From assembly GCF_002571385.2 (NCBI RefSeq), contig NW_019217802.1, positions 370,551 to 434,550 of the forward strand: a DNA stretch of 64,000 bases, given 5' to 3'. Shown here one piece after another: positions 50,862-62,778 of the stretch. Both the position numbers and the translations under genes were made by a program. Position 1 is the first letter of the stretch. Every line of letters begins with the position of its first letter. Source of the DNA: Stylophora pistillata. Taxonomy: Eukaryota. The notes below the pieces were generated by a model. It did not search any database and was not told where the DNA came from. It saw only the letters and a list, made by a program, of their open reading frames with translations.

Positions 50862-51891
50862 GAATTTGATGATGAACATTTTTGTAACTTGTTTTTTGGT
50901 GCATTTCTCTAGTTACATTTATGGAGATGTATACAGTGTGGTGTCAGTAGAAGTGTTACATGCTATAGGCAATCTATAAGTAAATGCCAATTACTGGTAT
51001 AGAGGATGATAAGAATTTATATCTTTAGTCTAGTTATTTTGTACTATTTACAAATAATTATTTCTACATTAAAGTACATTAACAAGGAGAGACAGGCAAA
51101 TTGAATAACACAAGTAGTGAAAAGCAAAATGTGCACAGTGACCAAAGTAGCTTAAGCTTTGGAGTTGGTCACTGCCACATACAATTAATTGGCATGAACA
51201 TGTACATTGTAGGCATTTACATGACAGTAAAAAACAAAAGCAAACTACACTCAGGAAACAAATTGAGTGTTTAAAAGATACATTTTGTATTGCTTGTAGA
51301 AACAATAACAATTATTATGGATGTCTTTATCACTAAATTTGGAGAAAAACTTAGCTGGTTGGGGTTGAATTTGTACCCATCTCTTACCTTGTTTGGTGGC
51401 TGTAGTGTATTGCATTACCACTATTTGGGCATTTCTCAATTATGCTTTCATTAAATCTACTGTCCTTGTATTTAGAGTAAAATTAGTACCAGTAATTGTG
51501 AGTATTGTATGGTAAAAAAGCTATCTTGATCATTGAGTTATAGACAGTTAAATCAGAGCAATTAGAGAAGTCACGACCTATGAATATTTTACTGTGGCCC
51601 ATACCCTATCAGGTCAAGTAATGGAGTGTCCCTAACTTGCTTCAAGTGGAGAGTGAAAAAAAAGAGGAACCAAAGAGAAGTGGTGTCCAGGAAGCAACAG
51701 CTTATCTCAATTTTGGCCAAAAAATCCTTGAGATTGCAGGGCATCACTTTATTTTACTCTTGCTAAACAACTTGAGAACGTCTGTATTTAGGAGTATTTT
51801 GAGGCGTGACTTCTCTCATTCCCAGTGCCTATCGATTCTGACTGGCTCCGACGTCGTGGGCGCATCGTGGAGCGACCCTGGATATCCCACT

Positions 51892-53352
51892 ATGGCGGTG
51901 TATTTTGTTGATTGCGCCGTGTTTCTTTCGCTCTCATGCTGCTTTGAGGTAACTTACGGTGAAAAAGTAAAGAAAGGTTAGTCTACACGCAAATTGTGCT
52001 CCGATCAGTGTTAAAACTAACCCAATGAAAATATGGTATCTCTGGAGCATAGCGTGACCTGCACAGCTCGGGCTTTCGTGTTGCCTTTCGCTGGAGTTTG
52101 AATACTGATGCGCGTGTTTGCTGAAAGGAGGATGCCTTTGTCTCGAGGTGCTCTGTTTAACGCAAATTTCAACTGGACGTATATTGTCTGCCAAAACACA
52201 AACCACTTTTTGGCATTGACCGAGTCAGTCTCTAGATTTCTGTAGCAAACTCTTACCGTATCTCAGATATCGGTCAAATGAAAACTCGTTGACCTCGATC
52301 TTTTTAACGGAAGAAAAAGGAAAAATCGAGTACTCTCCAATTTTATCATTAAGTCCATCGGCTCTCTGTTTTTCCGTTAAGTGTGAGAATCTTTGTATGG
52401 TGCAAAACCAATACAATGACGGTAAGTATTGATAATGTGTTTCGAATCACAGAAGGCGAGCTTCTTAACGCCGAAAGTATTTCTACAAGAATGTTATTTG
52501 TCACAGCGTCAACAGTCTGTCTGGCGGTGATTATTAAGTGGTACTTTGGTGGAGGAGTGTGCAGAAGCAAGGCAAGATGAGATGGTAAGAGTACATGGTG
52601 AAAAAAAATCATTTAATTTGCCTAGCACTGATGATGATGGCCATTTGGGGTGGAGGTTATAATTATTTACTAATCCTTGAGTAAATCCCGCACTAATGTT
52701 TGACAAAGGCTTCAAAAGTGCATGCTGCCATGTGTAAGTATTTCATCATAAGTGTCACGGGAAATTTTTCCTCTGTCTCGATCTGACTGGATGTAGCTAT
52801 ACAGTTTCGAAGTCAATTGGTGGTCAAAATGACAAGCCCTATTGTGGCTGTTTGATGGCTGGTGGCAATTTATGAGCTTGGCAATATTTTTCTTGGTTTA
52901 GAAACTCAATTTTATGCTAACTCTGCCTTTTTTAGGTAAGACTGTTATTGTAACAGGGGCTAACACTGGAATAGGAAAGGAGTCTGCTTTGGACCTAGCT
53001 AAGAGGGGTGCCAAAGTCATTTTGGCCTGTCGAGATGAACAGAGAGCCACAGATGCAGCAAAGGACATTATAGCTGAGACTGGAAGTGATAAAGTCCTTG
53101 TTAGAATTTTAGATCTGAATTCCTTTGAGTCTGTGAGAGCCTTTGCTAAGATCATCAGTGAAACAGAAGAAAGACTGGACATTCTTGTGAACAATGCAGG
53201 TGAGTGAGTAAGAGTAAGAGACTGGCAACCCAAAAATTGTAATATGAAAACAAAAATTCAAAGGCAAACTCTTTGTTTAAAAAGTAACACTGCCTGGTTA
53301 GCTCATGTTGTAGAGTACCAGACTGCCATGTGGGAGATGAAGCCCCAGACCA

Positions 53353-53388
<36 letters not shown>

Positions 53389-55151
53389 TGTGTTGCCTTT
53401 GCTATGACATCTGCAAATGGTTAGACTGATATTCTAGTCTTCTTGGACAAGGCCAAAAAACTGTAGGCCCTGTTTCCTTCATCTTCTCTGTGCTGGTTAG
53501 GAGGGGACGTTAAAGAACCCACACACTTATCACATAGAGTAGGGAATGTAGCTCCCAGTGTTGTGGTCTGGCCTTGATTCTGATAATAAGGAATCCACTG
53601 CAATTGGCTCGGCTGAAGTGGTCTCTCTACCTAAGAAATTAGGTGAAGCTAAATAAATAAATTATAAGCTGATGAAAATCACTTACTCATTACTCCATAA
53701 GAATACATGGCTAACATCTTATTTCTCTCTCTAGTATTATGAGAATAAAGGAAGCAGTTGCTAACATGACAAACTCTTGATTGTAAAACAAATTCTCCCT
53801 GTTGGTACTATAAATATTTAAAGAATAGTATGGAGAATATATGTGCACCTATTATTTTACAGGGATTGGACTGGGAGCCCCATATAGGCTGACCAAGGAT
53901 GGATATGAAAGTGTTTTTCAAGTAAACTATCTCAGCCATTTTCTTCTGACTCTACTTCTGTTGGACAAAATGAAGAAATCAGCACCAAGTCGCATTGTAA
54001 ATGTTTCATCCCTGGCACACGAACAAAAGATTGCTGCTCTCCAGCTTGAGGATTTTAAACTTTCCAAGGAGAAGTTGGATAGTGGATTTGCACGTTATGC
54101 TCAATCAAAGTTGGCTCAAGTGGTTTTCACAAAGGAACTGAGTCGAAGACTGGAGGGTGAGTAAAATGTTTGGGTGTGGTCAGAACAATCAGGTCCAATA
54201 TTATTGCAACATAGAATAGTCCTTTTCCAGACAGTTTGTGTATCAGTAAATTTGGTCTTAAAAATCTCATTGATTTTGGATTTGAGAACAATTATGGCAG
54301 ACAGTCAACTGGCTGAACATTAAACTTAGAGCCTGGATTCAATCTGACGTGTCTGAAGTTAAAACAGTACTGTACATTGATGTAGCTAGCTTTTTATTTT
54401 TCTGGGCTCAGAGGAAGCCAGAAATCCTTTACTGTCTTAAAGACCTGCATGGCTTTGAAATTCAAGATGTAATGGTTACTCTTATGTGCACTTCTTTTGC
54501 AGAAACTAGCAAAGACAGAGCACCTTTCATAAGTTTTAAAATATGTGGCAGTAAATTCAAGAAACATAAAACACACACACAGACTCATATGTGGCAAAAT
54601 TATATATGATCCATATTTGAATGAAAGTGAACTCTATAAATTGTAGTGTAAAGTTAATGTAAGGGTTCCACTTAAAGTCTCGGAAGAGAATTGAATAGAT
54701 TTGAATGGTGGTAAAGCAAGTCACATGGAGATTGTTACTATGGGAACTTATAATAATTAAGTTTGTTTTCAATTGTCACTAAGGATCAGAATGAGGTATC
54801 AAGATGCCTCCTATTTATGATTCTTCTCTTGTTTTAGGAACTGGAGTAACAGTGTACGCCCTTCATCCTGGTGGTGTCAATTCAGACATTTGGCGAAACT
54901 ATAATTTTCTGGAGAATCCATTCATTAAACCATTTGTAATGCTGATTGCATATTTGTTCTTCAAAGACTGCAAGCAAGGAGCTCAGACATCAATCTACTG
55001 TTCAGTAGCAGAAGAGCTGGAACGTGTCTCGGGTCTTTATTACAGTGATTGTAAAGTCAGAGAAGGCAATAAACTGGCAAAAGATCCTGGTTTGGCAAAG
55101 AAGTTGTGGGAAGTTAGTGAGAGGATCACTGGACAAAGCTGGAAATATTAG
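51892..55151 (+). pseudogene. Retinol dehydrogenase-like SDR, copy B; in-frame TGA at 52578-52580 (pseudogene, null allele or assembly error)
   Basis: Exons 51892-51976 (signal-peptide-like), 52453-52584 (TM), 52936-53199, 53863-54156 and 54838-55151. TGANTGIG, NNAG and YAQSK are intact. The TGA stands where paralogs have TTA. Confidence 0.75.
53288..53660 (+). mobile_element. tRNA-derived SINE, related family with a different 3' tail
   Basis: Shares the head (ggttagctca) and the central block gaccaacactcagggtcttaaaataa...attctagtcttct with the two copies above. Ends in (taaa)n. Confidence 0.75.
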
Positions 55152-55424
55152 ACATTCTAGTTTGTGCATGTACATTTTTTTAAGGACCATTACTAGGAAC
55201 CAGGCTCTCATTAGATATGGCACTGTTAAACAAGCAGCAAAGCTGTGAGAGGTCTCTGATGGCATGTTGACCTTTCATGCTTCGGGTCAGAACCTTTGCT
55301 GATTCTCCAGTTGCCAATCACAGCTTGCTTACAATTAAGCCATTACTTAGTAACATGCTTTTTCTTTCATGTCTCCAATGCATTATCCCTCAAGTAGGTT
55401 ATAGGGATAGGCATTGCATATCTT

Positions 55425-55954
55425 AGGAAGAAGAAAGCGAGCAAGCGCCTTTATGCTCTTAGGATGCTTGGGAAGGCAGGAGTCCCCCGGACTGATTTAG
55501 TGCTTATTTATTGCTCCCTAATACGGTCGGTCTTGGAGTACGCACCCCCTGCCTGGGCATATCTTCCTGAGCACCTTAACGAGCTCGTCTAGTCAGTACA
55601 ACGGAAAGCACTTAGGATAATCTTCCCCTGTCTTGACTATGGATCTGGCCTTAGTGTGAGGCTCGGCTGTAACCCCTCGTGGTTCGCAGAGCTGAACTGT
55701 GTTCCAGGTTCATGACTGGGGCGAGGAGGACTGAACCTATAAGTTCCATCCTTCCTTGCACCACAGAGGTGCATCATGGTTATTCTTTGCGAGCCCGTAT
55801 TGTTCGAGTAGATCGGCATAGAGGGGCCACAGACAGACTTAATAATTTTGTTACTGTTCGATATCAATAAGATGTATATTTAATGTTGTACCTATGTAAT
55901 ACTGACCCATACTGCAATTCAGCCTTAGCTGCAAGAGTATGCAATTAAACGATC

Positions 55955-55987
<33 letters not shown>
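55425..55987 (+). mobile_element. 5'-truncated CR1/L2-group LINE fragment
   Basis: Translates as KKASKRLYALRML...IYCSLIRSVLEYAPPAW...V*SVQRKALRIIFP, the C-terminal part of a CR1/L2 RT ORF. Ends in a (CAAT)n tail. Confidence 0.8.
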
Positions 55988-56249
55988 CCTGACTAGACAT
56001 AAAGCTATGTAAGGTTTACTGTAATTATTACCTTATATTTAACTTATTTAAGTTAAACAACTTTGGCAAATTTTTGTTAGGGGCCTTCTTGAAAGAAAAC
56101 TGTTTCATCAATTCTGTTCCCAGCTGTGGCCTGCATTAAGCATTCACTCTGAAAGCTGCCGCATGTTATTTCAGACTTTAATTGAGTTTGGAGTGAGATT
56201 GAGAACTGAGAACCAAACGTTTCGTCCTGAACGAAAGCAGGAGAGCACT

Positions 56250-57430
56250 TCGGAAAGTTATCGCCATTAAACAACACGAACAACAACAACTCGGTGAAAA
56301 AATAACATCTCAGTTCTCACCCGAGGCAGCATCCCAAATCCGCTCCCAAAGATATCTGGCATACAACACCGCCAGAAATCTACATAGCAAAATGTTCTTT
56401 AAACTATTGGACAACCTCAGAAACGATAACACCAGTAACTCCACCTCAGAAGATAACCCACCCGACCAAATAAACACAACTTCCAACTGCGAAAACATCG
56501 TTGACACAAACAACGCTCATTCCCCAAACGAAACAAAGCAAGTCACCGACCTCACATGTAACCTTAACGCTCAAGAAATCAACCTCTTATCCAAAGGCCC
56601 CAAGTTCAGCCACTCTCCTGAAGTAAATGAACAGAATCACGGGTATCAATATTGTATCCTGCCGACTAGCCAACCAAATACGATGGAAACACTACCGCGA
56701 GTCAAACCCCCAAGAGTCAGATTTTCTTACCTATCTACAAACCCGACACATCTACAGACCCCAGTCTAACAACGAACTTGAAAACAAGCTGCAGAGAATT
56801 CATCATAAACACCACCTCACTCTCAAAGCACTACAACCTCAAAAGAAATGGTCGAACATCGATGGCACAGACAGGAAAACTATTGAAGAACTCAGAGAGA
56901 AGAACTACGTATACCTTCCCAGCGATAAAGGCACCGAGTTCTGCGTCATACAACAAGACACGTACACCCAAGTCACCCTTGATCACCTCAGTGATGCCAA
57001 CACCTACCAAAAAGTACCCCGCGTGTCAGCCAAGACAGTCGAAAGTAACTGAGTTAACACAGCCTGGAAGAAAATCTGCCTACAAAATAAAATTCCTCCC
57101 TTTGTCCAAAAAAGCTTCCTTGCGTCAAACACAGACCTGTCCAGATTCTACCATCCAGTCAAGACCCACATAGCAGGTCCCGATGTTAAAATACGACCTA
57201 TCGTATCCAACATCAATGGACCCACCTAACGCATTTCATGGCTTCTTGCCAGCGCCCCAAACTGATGCTAAAAAATGTCCCAGCTCATTTAGAAAGCAGT
57301 CTCGAACTCATTAGATGTATCCAAGCCTTATGATGTATCTTATCCCTGATGATGCCGTTGATCGGCGAAAGCTCGGATTTTTAAAACATTTTACTTTTTA
57401 CAGCAGTGTAAGGCTTCATTCGATTAGTTT
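56250..57430 (+). mobile_element. Decayed Penelope-like retroelement
   Basis: Frameshifted motifs LNAQEINLLSKGPKF, YLPSDKGTEFCVI and RFY..VKTH....KIRPIVSNINGPT are typical of PLE RT. A hammerhead motif lies at the 3' end. Confidence 0.8.
57342..57378 (+). ncRNA. Minimal type I hammerhead ribozyme
   Basis: atcc-CTGATGA-t-gccg-ttgat-cggc-GAA-agct-c-ggat: stem I atcc/ggat, stem II gccg/cggc, palindromic stem III AGCT, cleavage triplet CUC. Confidence 0.8.
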
Positions 57431-58288
57431 GTTTATATTTTAACAATGCTGCTGAAGGACAACATGAACAGATTATTAAGTTTGAAGTGTTATTTGATAT
57501 TTAGCTCACACATATTACATAAGAGTTTTGTATTTGTGAAGTAGAAGATAGATGGTAACCTTGTTATAAAAAAGGCTGTCTTTGTCTTAGACATTGCTTG
57601 TGGTCATGTTATGTGGTTTAGGAAGAATAGTTGTTTATACAGAAAACATCTTTCGATATCACAGTTGATTAGTTTACCGCTATTAACATTGCACTGGAGA
57701 CGGTGGGTTGATGAAATGTTTGTCCGTAATCAATACTGTCAAAAACTCCCTTCACGAAATTTGGTCTATCTACCTCTCACTCGCCAGACTAGACTTGCTC
57801 ACAAATTAAGTCGCGCTTTTGAGCGCGTAGCGCGTAGTGCGAGTCCTACCAACAGAAAACCATGCGAACGACTTTGAGAAAGTCTATCGCCAGACATGCA
57901 CCTGCAGTGCAGGTAAGCCGGTGTAACCTCGGAAATTCTTGCTTATCCTATGACAGTGCTTCTTGCGTTGCTGACTTCGCCGACACATTACAAGGGTATC
58001 ACGCAACGCTTCCCTCAAGGACTTACGTGACATCCCAAAAAGATCGCCGCAAAGATTTTTTTTTTTTAGTTGAAATATATTTCACCCCTGAACGACATGG
58101 CTATAGGAAAAAAATATTCTAAACAAGCAACCGTGAAATATTTTTGAGCTGGTACACCTTGAAACAAGAGGCGTTATTTGTACGCTTTTTGTCACCAGAT
58201 ACCCAAATGTATGCAGTCAGCTGGAAGATGTAGTGTCCAATCCCTACTCACTTTGTCGACGCCTGGATTATTGTTAGCAGTAGTTTTC

Positions 58289-61200
58289 ATGGTGATGGCG
58301 CTTAGATGGGAAGTGATCTTCTTATTATTTCTTTCAATCTACCTCTCGGAAATATTTTCATATGCATCTGGTGAGTGTTAACTGTATATTTCGTCTTTGA
58401 AACTTTATTGTATGAACATGATCTGACATGAAGTACTGCCGCCTTAGTACTGTTTCGGCCATAAATCTACAAGCGTTAATTCCTCAAAAACTAATTTTTC
58501 CTTTTTCAACTTTTAACTAAAATCCGGCTTATTTTTGTGGTGAAGATTTGAGTTGGTATATTTTACCAGCAGATCAATCCTTGTATTTGTTTTCAATCGG
58601 TATTTTCTTTAGTAGCATGCCGTAGCCATGCAGCTTGCAGCTGTTACAGATTATGTTAATGACAGCTGACTCATGGGAATTTCGTTAAGACAGAAAATTT
58701 ACTAAGGAAAATATGAAATAATAGATATGATCGGTTAAACTTAAGTCATGAAATGGGAAGCTTAATTAAGATAAGACCTTAAATACATTGATGTGCAATA
58801 TAATACCTAATGAAGCAGAAGACACGTACGTTTTGTCCGAATATTTTGAGAATAATAAAACTAATGAAAAATTCGTGGGCTAGTTTGCAACAAATTACAG
58901 CAGATTAAATCATAGTAATCTAAGGATATATTTTTTTCTGAAACCCAGGTCCCACAACAGATAAGGACTTGAAAATGTAAGAGGTTCTAAATCCTCACCA
59001 GTATTTGTTAATAATTTATGAGTTACACAAACAATGCACAAAAATATCCCTCTTCAATAATCCTATTTAAGCAGTGGAGCAAATTTTTCTGGGCTCTATA
59101 ATGTGATAAAGCTATGCAGAATGTCAGGAGAACAAGACAAAAGCTAATGTTTCCTATGGAAATGTTTCCTGTTAAGAAAAAAAATTGTAGATAAATTAAG
59201 ACAAGAAGTGTACTTACACTTTACTGATGCTAATAATCATTCTAATGTGCACAATGTTCCTACACATCAATTAAGGAGCAGCACCTTGTGAGGATCATCA
59301 CCCAAGGTGTGGCCATTGGGCATCTAGGGGAGAATGCAAGAAAAACGTGAAGTGGATGTCAAAGCACTGCCGATCAACTTGTGGCCTATGTGCGCAAGGT
59401 ACAACCATTGTTACATTTTTGAATGTGGATCTTAACGACAACATGTTTTTCGTTAAAATTGCCCTTTCTGTATAAGATCTTCTAATTAATTCTCAATGCA
59501 TAAAACAATGTTTTGTGTCCAAAAGTAGCTTCAAGAGTTTTCTTGGGATTCATGTCAAAGGAAACAGTAGAACCAAGTTCACTCTAAGAACTGGGTCAAA
59601 TGTAGTGAACATATTAAACATTAAAAGACTCGACAGTCTTTTAGGAGATCTTTCAATTATTGATAAACTTTTACTCAATTTTTTGAGATCTCAAAAATGA
59701 GCCAAAGAATTGACCAAAATGACCTTAGTTTAGACAGTTTGTTGATTTTATGATTTATGTAGAGTATTCATTGGTCAGTCAAGTGGTTCCTCTCGTTACT
59801 CTTCTAATTCAGCTTTTTTTTTACTCGATGATCAAGAAATTATATTTACCATACAATACTCGCAATTACTTATTTTATTTTTACTTTGGACAGTAGATTT
59901 ACAACATGATTGAGTACTAGGAAATGTCCTTACAGTAGTATGGCTGTACTATTACACTACAGTGTACCACATGTAGCAGAATGGAGGAGAGACCATCAGA
60001 TTACACCTGAGCTCGCTTGAACTTTCAATTGTAAACTAGATGAGTGGGATCTCATTCAAATCCAAGACAACAGCAGATAGATCATTTTTAAACAAAATGG
60101 TGTTGAATCCATACCTCTTTTAATTTCCAGTTAGTTGAAGCTTGCTAAAAAATTCCAAGAAAACAGAAAATCCACGTAATAATTAATTCAATTGTATTGT
60201 CATGTGTAAAACCCTCCAATGATACCTTAACTTTTTCTTGTCTCTCAATCTAGCTAATGTTCATGATCTGTACAAACAAGCCAAAATTGAGATACATGGA
60301 GCTTTTTTTCTGTTCTTTGGAATTGTTGGCACAGTTGTGGTGGGAGTGTTCACTAAAATACATTTTGAAGGGCCATCTTGTCCAAGTTCGGCAAAGATGA
60401 GAGGTACCATATATGATTCCTTATAGTTTATACAACGACAAATCTCAAGAATTTGATAAAACCCAATCATTAGTGAGGATTTCTTACTGGTACTGCAGGT
60501 TTCTGCTGTAAACCTTTCCACTTCTAAGATCTGATTGTTAAATTCTCTCTTCTAGCTGTTAGACATTTCATTCTAAATCAGTTATAAGAATTTGGTGTTA
60601 GATCAAGATATAGCAACTTCTACCTCATAAGTTTGAGTATTCTCTTTACCTGTTACCTGTCAATTGGAAATAATTTTTCCCACCACAAGAAATGATTCAA
60701 GACATAATGATTGTTTCTTAAAAGAATGAATTAATCTTTTTTTTGTACAATGTTAGGGAAAACTGTGGTGATAACAGGAGGAAATACAGGCATTGGCAAG
60801 GAAACAGCAAGAATCTTGGCTTGGAGACAAGCCAGGGTCATCATCGTCTGCAGAAACATCACAAAGGGCTTACAAGCTGCTGCAGAAATCATTGAAAACA
60901 CTGGAAATAGAAACATAGAGGTGAAAAAAGTGGACTTAGCTTGTTTTAAGTCAGTACAAAGATTTGCTGAAGAGATAATTGAGGAAGAAAAAAGAGTGGA
61001 TGTTCTGATAAACAATGCTGGCTACTTTGGGCCATACTGTACAACAGTTGATGGGCTTGAAAACACTATTCAAGTCAATTACCTTAGTCATTTCTTGTTG
61101 TCACATCTTCTCCTTGATAAACTCAAAGCCAGTTCACCCAGTCGTATTATTAATGTGTCATCAAGGCAGCATGCTGAGGTGTCACAAATTGATGTTGGCA

Positions 61201-62778
61201 AAGTCCTATCACAAAAGAAGGAAGGTTATGGAATTATCAAAGCCTACAATAATAGCAAATTATGCCAAGTTCTTTCCACCATTGAGATGAGCAAGAGAAT
61301 CAAAGGTAATTTAATTTTTTTTGTGGTTGACACTTACTTAACTGATTTTGATATTAGCCTCTAGGCTTTACCCCTTCTCTACCACAGCCAGACACCCTCT
61401 CCAAACACCCTCTCCAAACAGCGGCCATATTGAATTTTTTCTCAACAACCACAGAAAATTTATTCAGGTGATCATGAACAACCAGGCTCTGTAATGTTTT
61501 TTATTTTAGGACATAAATATTATGTATACATCCTTGGTCATTGGTTGGCAAACATAAGACATACATAAACTTCCTTGCTAGGGAAAGGGTTAAAAATAGT
61601 TCTGGTAGATGTATTAAAAGATTTTTGCATGATTATGAATAAAGGGTAAAGGTAAAGTATAATCTGGAGCCAAAGCTTATCCAAGTTTCTCTAGCATGTA
61701 GCAACTGGGAGTATCACTATTTCCCCCTTGGATGGGATCCCAGTTCAACCCAAAATTACCCCCAGCATTTCACCAGGCAATTTGTTGACAATTTGTTGGT
61801 ACCCATCAATACTCTTGGGTGGGTTAGAGGCACTGTGAGAGTAGAATGTCTTGTGCAAGAACTCAATGCACCTACTCAGCCAGCTCTCCAACCAGGACCT
61901 CTATAACTGGAGTCCAGTGCACTGACCATTAGACTACTGCTCCTACTACATGGGTAATAACATTTTTATGTACCATAAATCCTCTCATAAGCCTCCCCCT
62001 CTATTAAAACACCCCCTCTTTAGAGGAAGAAATTTATTAAGCCCTCCCACCCCTCCCCCCTCAAAAAAACAAAAAATAATTCAAAATAGCACTCCATGTC
62101 AGTAAGTACAATAAATTTATTCAAGTACTGTACTTTTATTCTGTCATTTAAAATTGATTATGGTGATTGATTGATTAATGTTATCATGTTGGCATTGATA
62201 GAATACAGTATGAGGAAATTACAGAGTGATGCTATAAGTGTCACGTGGCTTGACAAGGTTCATTGAGAGGGATAGATCGTAAAATTGAGTTCTTTATTGA
62301 GTTCTAAATTAATTAGTCCCCACTCCTAATATGTCAGCCCCCTCAAAGTACCTGAAAATAAATAAGCCCCCCCCCCCAGGGGTTTATTAGAGGATTCACA
62401 GTACAATATATTGTGAATTACATGTGTGAATATAGTCTTATTATTGTTGATCTTTTTCTTTGTTTAGGGTCAGGAGTCACCGTGAATGTTCTTCATCCTG
62501 GGGTTGTTGGAACTGAAATTACAAGGAATTTTAGAATTCTTCAGATGTGGATTATAAGACCACTCCTTTGGCTTGTGTCATATTTCTTTTTTAAAACACT
62601 GAACAGTGGAGCTCAGACATCCATCTACTGTGCAGCTGCAGAGGAACTCAAGGATGTTTCTGGGAAATATTTTAAGGATTGTGCAATGGTTGAGTACAGT
62701 GATTTGGCCAAAGATGAAAAAATAGCAGAAGAACTATGGAAGGAAAGCAAAAAGCTTACAGGATTAGACAATCAATGA
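58289..62778 (+). CDS. Signal peptide - ShKT domain - TM - retinol dehydrogenase-like SDR fusion protein, copy C (404 aa)
   Basis: Exons 58289-58370, 59276-59398, 60254-60403, 60757-61305 and 62468-62778, all GT-AG and phase 1, 1215 nt with no internal stop. ShKT: CEDHHPRCGHWASRGECKKNVKWMSKHCRSTCGLC. TM: GAFFLFFGIVGTVVVGVFT. SDR motifs TGGNTGIG, NNAG, YNNSK, HPG. Confidence 0.85.
61640..61945 (-). mobile_element. Degenerate tRNA-SINE (CORE-like central block); partial relatives near 850-960 and 37805-37925
   Basis: The block gcactgtgagagtagaatgtcttg recurs as gtgagagtaaagtatctt (about 853) and in reverse complement as acactttactctcacagtac (about 37817). Degenerate tRNA-like end. Confidence 0.55.
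61971..62403. mobile_element. Tc1/mariner-pogo-like MITE in the last intron of RDH copy C
   Basis: Imperfect TIRs taccataaatcctct / agaggattcacagta with TA ends. Internal taagccc-Cn repeats. Confidence 0.6.

Noticed and set aside
52578-52580. Selenocysteine codon
   Set aside because: It aligns to Leu (TTA) in paralogs, not Cys, and I saw no convincing SECIS.
56215-56262. Second, minus-strand hammerhead at the Penelope 5' end
   Set aside because: A stem (tcctg/cagga) and GAAAC are present, but the CUGANGA core is missing.
40284-58289. Functional cluster linking the Nav genes with the ShKT-SDR gene
   Set aside because: Proximity alone is weak evidence in animal genomes, and ShK-type domains target K+ rather than Nav channels. 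It would need conserved synteny and co-expression.
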